This document shows positions 26,945-31,849 of a stretch of DNA of 31,849 nucleotides, piece by piece. The position numbers and the translations under genes are program-made. Below the pieces are notes generated by a model. The model was not told where the DNA came from and did not search any database. It saw only the letters and a list, made by a program, of their open reading frames with translations. How positions within the stretch are numbered: the first letter of the stretch is position 1; each line of letters starts with the position of its first letter. Origin of the DNA: a virus (Duplodnaviria; Caudoviricetes); IMG/VR virus record IMGVR_UViG_3300049015_000083, positions 1 to 31,849 of that record, one strand, 5' to 3'.

Positions 26945-27268
26945 ATGAAACAAACACAGATGGAAAGCGCCCTATGCGGCGAGCACAGGAATACGGAGAG
27001 AACTCAGTTGGACCCCAGCTCTAGGGAGTATCAAAGGTTGAATTTTGAAGTCGGGGATAGGGTGGAATACGTGATGGGTATCAATGGCGTGGAGTGCATC
27101 ACCACTCTCGAATTAATCAGGGCGGAGGAAGGGGAATTCAAGTACCCGGGAGACGTCCGGCATTACACGGGACGATACGTCGAGGGGTGGTATGATGACG
27201 AATGGGATGTCATTCCCGGGAGGGAAATAGAGTTCAACTCCGATTCAGTCGAATTCATAGTGGCCTAA
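26945..27268 (+). CDS. Small acidic beta-barrel protein, paralog of 25850..26128
   Basis: LNFEVGDRVE...YTG...GREIEF pattern; A-rich leader. Confidence 0.65.
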   Translation: MKQTQMESALCGEHRNTERTQLDPSSREYQRLNFEVGDRVEYVMGINGVECITTLELIRAEEGEFKYPGDVRHYTGRYVEGWYDDEWDVIPGREIEFNSDSVEFIVA

Positions 27269-27720
27269 TACCTCATGCGGAACGCAATAGGCTGCCCCCT
27301 TTCCTGTTCGTAGCGATGAAACGCTTCGCGAGCCGAATCCTCATCGTGGTAGCCTATCATGATTCGCGTATCCGGCAAAATTAGTAGGAAGTTGCTAGCG
27401 TCTGCTTTCATCAAGAATACGCCGCCGTTGGACTCCGCTATCTGCTGATACGTGACACGGCCGTGTGTATAGGTTCGGAAATTCTCATCCTTCGGAAAGT
27501 CTGCGATTCCGATGTCGTCTTGGCTGGTATCGTAAGCCCATTTCAATCGGCCCATTGCTTGTGAGGCGATTGCCCTGTCGGCGTAGGGTTCGCAATTGCC
27601 GTTGTGGGTATTGAGGACGAAGTATTGATGCCCAGGGGCGTCGGATTCCAATAGAACGATACCGTTTTCTTGTTCAATGAATCTGTGATTGCCTGTTGGT
27701 AGTTTCATAAGCCCCTGCAT
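27265..27720 (-). CDS. Hypothetical protein with a tandem internal domain duplication
   Basis: Two similar ~48-aa halves; start 27720 or 27708. Confidence 0.6.
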   Translation of the reverse strand: MQGLMKLPTGNHRFIEQENGIVLLESDAPGHQYFVLNTHNGNCEPYADRAIASQAMGRLKWAYDTSQDDIGIADFPKDENFRTYTHGRVTYQQIAESNGGVFLMKADASNFLLILPDTRIMIGYHDEDSAREAFHRYEQERGQPIAFRMRY

Positions 27721-27872
27721 AGACCTGAAAAATTCTGCGGCGGCAAGAGGTTTTTATTTTCTGTTTTAATTTAAATTTAAAATAGATCTATTTTCTTTTA
27801 TTTGTTGAAAAATCAATGGGTTGTGCAGGCGAATGCGCCGGAGCGCCGTGAAAAGATTTTTCGTTGGGCCAC

Positions 27873-27907
27873 AAAAAAAAACCCGCAGCGGCCATCCTTC
27901 CTGCGGG
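27873..27907 (-). terminator. Intrinsic terminator downstream of 27984..28628
   Basis: CCCGCAG-12 nt-CTGCGGG followed by a run of T on the minus strand. Confidence 0.6.
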
Positions 27908-27939
27908 GCTGGTCAACTTGGCGCCGTGCCGTTGATTGG
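27890..27939. repeat. Imperfect direct repeat, copy 1
   Basis: 40 of 50 aligned columns identical to 28698..28746. Confidence 0.75.
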
Positions 27940-27983
27940 GAAGTATACTTGGCGGCTTGATCGCGCCGTTCACGGGATGCGCT

Positions 27984-28628
27984 TCAAAAGCGACATTCCG
28001 GAAGCCGCAAATAGTCATGAAAAAGGTGGTAAATCTTGTCGGGCGTTTGTTGTTTAAACCATTTAACGTAGTCGTCCTTGCCTTCGTTAATATTTGGAAT
28101 TTGAGGTTCAAGGAGGACTCCGGGGAATATGCTCTCTTCCATCATCGTCGCTTTGCGGAGCAATTCTTCGATAAATGTTTCCGCGTCGGAGCCCGAAGGG
28201 AAAAGAAATCCGGAGTTTTTTGTAGAGTGAAGGAACGCACCCAGGTTTTCGGGTGTTAATTTATAGTAATCTCGTGCTGCCGTGCAGAACTGGGTGATGG
28301 CTTGGTAAACTGCAATCCTGCGATCAAAGAGGGTGAGCTTCGCCGTTTGCTCAAATATCTCCTGTTGCCTTTCAATGAGTTCTCGGTGGCGAACTGTTTC
28401 CTCCACTGAATCCTCTTCTTGTTTATGAAGGGAATAAATAACCGCGCTAAACCCCAAGACACTAACTAGCGCGTTGAAGCAGCCAAAGAAGTCGCCGAAG
28501 TGTCCAACCTTGTCCCCAATTTCACCCCTACCGGAGACGATCAGAAGTGCTGCTAAGGAACATCCTGCCCACAAAGCGAGCATTGCTACCGTCCCAATCT
28601 TCACCCACTCCGGAAACTTTTGGTTCAT
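27984..28628 (-). CDS. Membrane protein with two TM helices (cargo; resembles N-termini of phage abortive-infection proteins)
   Basis: GHFGDFFGCFNALVSVLGF..VIYSL..Q motif followed by a coiled coil and LFDRR..VY. Confidence 0.7.
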   Translation of the reverse strand: MNQKFPEWVKIGTVAMLALWAGCSLAALLIVSGRGEIGDKVGHFGDFFGCFNALVSVLGFSAVIYSLHKQEEDSVEETVRHRELIERQQEIFEQTAKLTLFDRRIAVYQAITQFCTAARDYYKLTPENLGAFLHSTKNSGFLFPSGSDAETFIEELLRKATMMEESIFPGVLLEPQIPNINEGKDDYVKWFKQQTPDKIYHLFHDYLRLPECRF

Positions 28629-28697
28629 GTGGCGAGGGTCCTAGCATATACGCGCAATGGTGCAAGGCGGAAGTCGGACACGAAAATGTTCCGCGAT

Positions 28698-28746
28698 GGC
28701 AATCCTTCCTGCGGGCTGTTCAGCTTGGCACAGGGCGGGTGATCGG
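28698..28746. repeat. Imperfect direct repeat, copy 2
   Basis: Matches 27890..27939. Confidence 0.75.
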
Positions 28747-28788
28747 TCGTGTTCTATCGGTTGGGGCGTGCCTCTCAAGAATAATCTG

Positions 28789-29310
28789 CTAGCTTCCGAG
28801 AATCCACTTCAAGAGCGGGCTGGCTTTGGACGCGATGTCTTTGAACCAGCATCCGAACGATTGAAGCAGGGCGACAAAGAGGCGGAGATAAAAGCAGAAT
28901 TCAACCCACATGCGCCCGGCGCAGCTGTGGATCTTCAGGCGGGCTTCCAGCCGGTCTTCTTTGAGTTCTTCAAAATAGGGTTCAAAAGAGGTCTGGCGGA
29001 TCTTGCGGGGAAGGAGGAAGGATGCGAGTAAGCCGAGTTTCTCAGGCGAAATGACATCAGTTTTCGGAGAAATCGCCCGAAGTTCGGATAGAACCTTTTG
29101 AAGCGCGAAGAGATTATACACTGTTAATACTGCTGAAAAGCATACCAATACCGGACCAACTACCGATTTTACGGAAGGGGGGACTGCTTCTTTAAAACAC
29201 AAATTGCCGATGAAAATGAACCAGAAGTAGGTTTGCCAGTCCTTGATTAGGGAAGTTAGCAGATGCCCAGCAGCGGTTTTAGGGAGAATTACCTTGTTAA
29301 GCAGTTTCAT
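28789..29310 (-). CDS. Membrane protein coupled to the PadR-like regulator
   Basis: Hydrophobic segments; FLLPRK.R...FEP...EL..D motif; overlaps the PadR stop. Confidence 0.65.
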   Translation of the reverse strand: MKLLNKVILPKTAAGHLLTSLIKDWQTYFWFIFIGNLCFKEAVPPSVKSVVGPVLVCFSAVLTVYNLFALQKVLSELRAISPKTDVISPEKLGLLASFLLPRKIRQTSFEPYFEELKEDRLEARLKIHSCAGRMWVEFCFYLRLFVALLQSFGCWFKDIASKASPLLKWILGS

Positions 29311-29605
29311 GGCCGAAGTTGAATTGAGAATAAAAGTTGCCCGCGTCCCGAAGAGCTTTTGCTCCTTCGCCTAAAAGCGAGTAGCGGCGCTCCTTGATCC
29401 TTTGACCATCGACAATTTTCTCGTCGTAGTGACCGGCCACGAAGTGGGCTTCTTCCAAGCGGCTCATCAATTGGTAGAAGGCGGGACCGTCCTTCTTGAT
29501 TTTTTTCTTTTTGAGTTCTTCTCGCAGATCACGTCCGGATAGCTCTCGTGGTCCGAGCGCGTCCAGAACGGCAATCTGGAGGTGTGACAATTGGGGTAAG
29601 CTCAT
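29297..29605 (-). CDS. PadR-family winged-helix transcriptional regulator
   Basis: SGRDLREEL...GPAFYQLMSRLEE..FV...ERRYSL..EG..AL. Confidence 0.8.
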   Translation of the reverse strand: MSLPQLSHLQIAVLDALGPRELSGRDLREELKKKKIKKDGPAFYQLMSRLEEAHFVAGHYDEKIVDGQRIKERRYSLLGEGAKALRDAGNFYSQFNFGHETA

Positions 29606-29610
29606 GACGG

Positions 29611-29635
29611 GTTACGTAATACGGCGTTATGTAAC
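29611..29635. promoter_or_regulatory. Tandem palindromic operator overlapping the padR-like promoter
   Basis: GTTACGTAAT-5 nt-GTTATGTAAC overlapping TCGACA-17 nt-TATTAC on the minus strand. Confidence 0.6.
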
Positions 29636-29696
29636 GGGTGTCGATATTTTTTTTGAGCTGCGGGACCTCCAGCGGGATGTCAGGCTTTGAGGCGAG

Positions 29697-30659
29697 ATGG
29701 AAAACGAATGGACGGCCCCTGAGATTGTCGCGGCGACTCGGGGGTATCTCTGGATGCTGAGAAGCTCGCAAGCTGGCAATGGCCCGATAAAGGCTAAAGT
29801 GATCCGCGCACTTCTGGTGGGTCCGCTCAGTGGTCGCAGCAAAGCAAGTATCCAGTTTCGCTTTGCTCATGTATCGTATCAGTTGGAGTCAATGCAAAAG
29901 GAGTGGCTTCAAGGCTTCTTTCCTTCCCCGAGTGCAGGGTCAAAGGTGGCGGAGGTCATTAGAGCCGTTATCCACGCCTACGAATCAGGTGCGAAACACG
30001 ATAGGCGCGTGTCTTGGCTGATCAGCGCCCTTCCGAAGGAAGTTGTAACGGAGGCTGCGAAGGCCCTAGCAAAAGGAAGTGCATTCGAATTTCCGGCCTC
30101 CACGACCTACGACGCGGTGCTTCCCGATGGAACTACTCTAGCTCCCAAGGCCGTAATCGCCCATGCCTGCTTGCTTCACTATGGAGCGCCGCTGCTGCCC
30201 GAGGATTTTTCAGGGGGCGAGGGGACGCCGGGATTCCGAGTTCTTCGTGAGGCTGGAATTGCTCTCTGTTTGAAAGCTGATCCGAATTCCGAGGAATTTC
30301 GAAAGGCGGTGAAAAAGGCGAGGAAGAGTATTTCTAGCGTTCCGCCGAAGGGGTGCCAAACGCCCGCGAGAAAGGAGGAAACGTCGTTAGCCTTTTCCCG
30401 CGATCCAAGCGTGGTTGCTTTTGTTGAAAACCGAGCCAAGGGCATTTGTGAACTGTGCGGCGTTCCTGCTCCTTTTTGCCGCCCTGGCGGCGATCCTTAC
30501 CTTGAAGTTCACCATATTCACAGCCTCGCCAACGGAGGGCCGGACACGGTCGAAAATGCCGCTGCTCTCTGCCCAAACTGCCATAGGGAGTGCCACTGTG
30601 GGGCGAGCGCAAACGAGCGGCGATTGAAACTGTTGTCGTTATTTTCAGCTAGCGCCTAG
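29697..30659 (+). CDS. McrA-like HNH endonuclease (putative modification-dependent restriction enzyme)
   Basis: C-terminal RDP.V....AKGICELC...APF....G.PYLEVHHI..LA.GG.DTVENAAALCPNCHRECH, plus two N-terminal domains. Confidence 0.85.
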   Translation: MENEWTAPEIVAATRGYLWMLRSSQAGNGPIKAKVIRALLVGPLSGRSKASIQFRFAHVSYQLESMQKEWLQGFFPSPSAGSKVAEVIRAVIHAYESGAKHDRRVSWLISALPKEVVTEAAKALAKGSAFEFPASTTYDAVLPDGTTLAPKAVIAHACLLHYGAPLLPEDFSGGEGTPGFRVLREAGIALCLKADPNSEEFRKAVKKARKSISSVPPKGCQTPARKEETSLAFSRDPSVVAFVENRAKGICELCGVPAPFCRPGGDPYLEVHHIHSLANGGPDTVENAAALCPNCHRECHCGASANERRLKLLSLFSASA

Positions 30660-31849
30660 GATGCTTCTTGTCCAAGTTTCTCGCGCAGCTTCTCCACTGT
30701 TATTCCAAGGCTCTTGGCGAAAGCCTCCTCTGGAGTCTCGGGCTTCTCAAACGACGCTGCAATCATCGCCGTCGGTGTCTCGCTCAGTCCTGCGTAATAC
30801 TCGCTGCAAACGGCGACGGTGTTCCGGAGTAGCGCGGCCGTCTGGAGAAGACCATGTTTCAAGTAAATTATGCTGCCGAACTGCTTCCGCAGGCCATGGA
30901 ACGGCTTGGCGTTCGTAATGCCCTTCTTTTTGAGCCAGACATTCACCGCCTTGCTTCTTTCCGCCAGCCTCCCATCGCCGGTCTTTTTCGAATTGTTGGG
31001 GACAAAAAACGTGGAATCCGTGTCGCCCCGGAGTTTCAAGAGTAGATCGTAAATCTTCCGATCAAACGGAACCACCCCGCTCTGGCCGTTCTTGGGGGTG
31101 AAGTTCTTGGTCTCCTGTATATGGGCGATGGCAGTTTCCTTATCCCGGAGCGAGAACCACGCTGGGATTGCCGCCTCCACCTCTGAAAGGCGCATTCCGA
31201 TGAATTGGGCCATGAGGACCATCATTGCATCCGGAGTGGGAAGCTCAGTCTGGCAATCGTCAAAGAGACGCTTGCCTAGTTCGGCAGAGAAGGGGACATA
31301 CGGCTGGGCCTTAGGCTTCTCCTTCTTGATGCCCTTGAACGGGTTTTTGACCGGAACCTTGCGGCTGGCGTAGTACTCCAAGGCGTGAACGGTGAAAACC
31401 GAAGACGCCGCCGCCACGGCACTTGAAAAGGTGCGTTTGCCGGACTGATCCGGTGTCTTGTCACCGAACCACGCCGCGAACAGCTTGTTTTTGTCGAGTT
31501 GCCCGACCCGTTGCACTCCCGCCCGTTTCATGAACAGCTTGAGGCGGTCGAGGTTTAGTTTGATTGAAGCCTCCCGTGGAGCACCCGTGGTTTTGCAGAA
31601 ATCCCGGTAAAGGAGTTCCATTTCTTCAAAGGTGGGATTGCCGCCCGCCTTGACGCAGGGCTTGCCGTCCAAGTCGGCCCGAGCTGATTCGTAGCCGTCC
31701 CTTTCGGCGAGTAGCAGAAACTTCCGTGCCCGTTCTTCTGCGGTTTTTTTGTTCTTTCCAAGGGGAACGGATTGCTGTTTCCCTTCGAATACCTTCCGGA
31801 GGTAGAAGCGGCCATTCTTTTCATTTACAAGGTTTTCGCTCGTTTTCAT
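30656..31849 (-). CDS. int: Tyrosine recombinase/integrase
   Basis: Catalytic R (GMRLSE), K (TPK), HxxR (FHGLRKQFGS) and Y (EYY); N-terminal arm-binding-like region. Confidence 0.9.
   Translation of the reverse strand: MKTSENLVNEKNGRFYLRKVFEGKQQSVPLGKNKKTAEERARKFLLLAERDGYESARADLDGKPCVKAGGNPTFEEMELLYRDFCKTTGAPREASIKLNLDRLKLFMKRAGVQRVGQLDKNKLFAAWFGDKTPDQSGKRTFSSAVAAASSVFTVHALEYYASRKVPVKNPFKGIKKEKPKAQPYVPFSAELGKRLFDDCQTELPTPDAMMVLMAQFIGMRLSEVEAAIPAWFSLRDKETAIAHIQETKNFTPKNGQSGVVPFDRKIYDLLLKLRGDTDSTFFVPNNSKKTGDGRLAERSKAVNVWLKKKGITNAKPFHGLRKQFGSIIYLKHGLLQTAALLRNTVAVCSEYYAGLSETPTAMIAASFEKPETPEEAFAKSLGITVEKLREKLGQEAS

Larger units (their letters stand above)
4488..31849 (-). mobile_element. Integrated lambda-like (siphovirus-type) prophage, probably defective or helper-dependent; att sites not identified
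   Basis: Integrase, excisionase-like HTH, TerS/TerL, portal, S49 protease, capsid, tail and tape-measure genes in canonical order. Confidence 0.9.

Noticed and set aside
30800-30840. Integrase has LRN where LGH is usual
   Set aside because: This position varies among tyrosine recombinases and the other catalytic residues are present, so it is not evidence of inactivation.
1-31849. CRISPR array, diversity-generating retroelement, IS element or rRNA
   Set aside because: No repeat-spacer periodicity, reverse transcriptase, template/variable repeat pair, transposase or rRNA signature seen by eye.

Overview
Most of the window (about 4.49 kb to the right edge) is an integrated, lambda-like siphovirus-type prophage, mostly on the minus strand. 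From right to left it carries a tyrosine integrase, cargo genes (McrA-type HNH, a PadR pair), an excisionase-like HTH, a degenerate tRNA-Met, two HNH nucleases, TerS/TerL (GpA type), portal, S49 protease, scaffold, major capsid, neck and tail genes with a -1 frameshift chaperone pair, tape measure, tail-tip genes, a holin-like gene and a C5 DNA methyltransferase. I found no replication genes, CI-type repressor or intact endolysin. To the left is a lower-GC, plus-strand defence-like cluster (DUF6173, FRG, TIGR02391, HEPN) and a frameshifted secreted HNH-like gene. The host may be a Verrucomicrobium-type bacterium; this is inferred from protein resemblance only. The most striking signal is a motif WTTGACR repeated 13 times at late-gene starts. 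In 10 cases it lies only 14-17 nt upstream of an ATG or of the tRNA 5' end, and twice it directly follows an intrinsic terminator. This suggests a compact, non-canonical late-promoter system making leaderless mRNAs.
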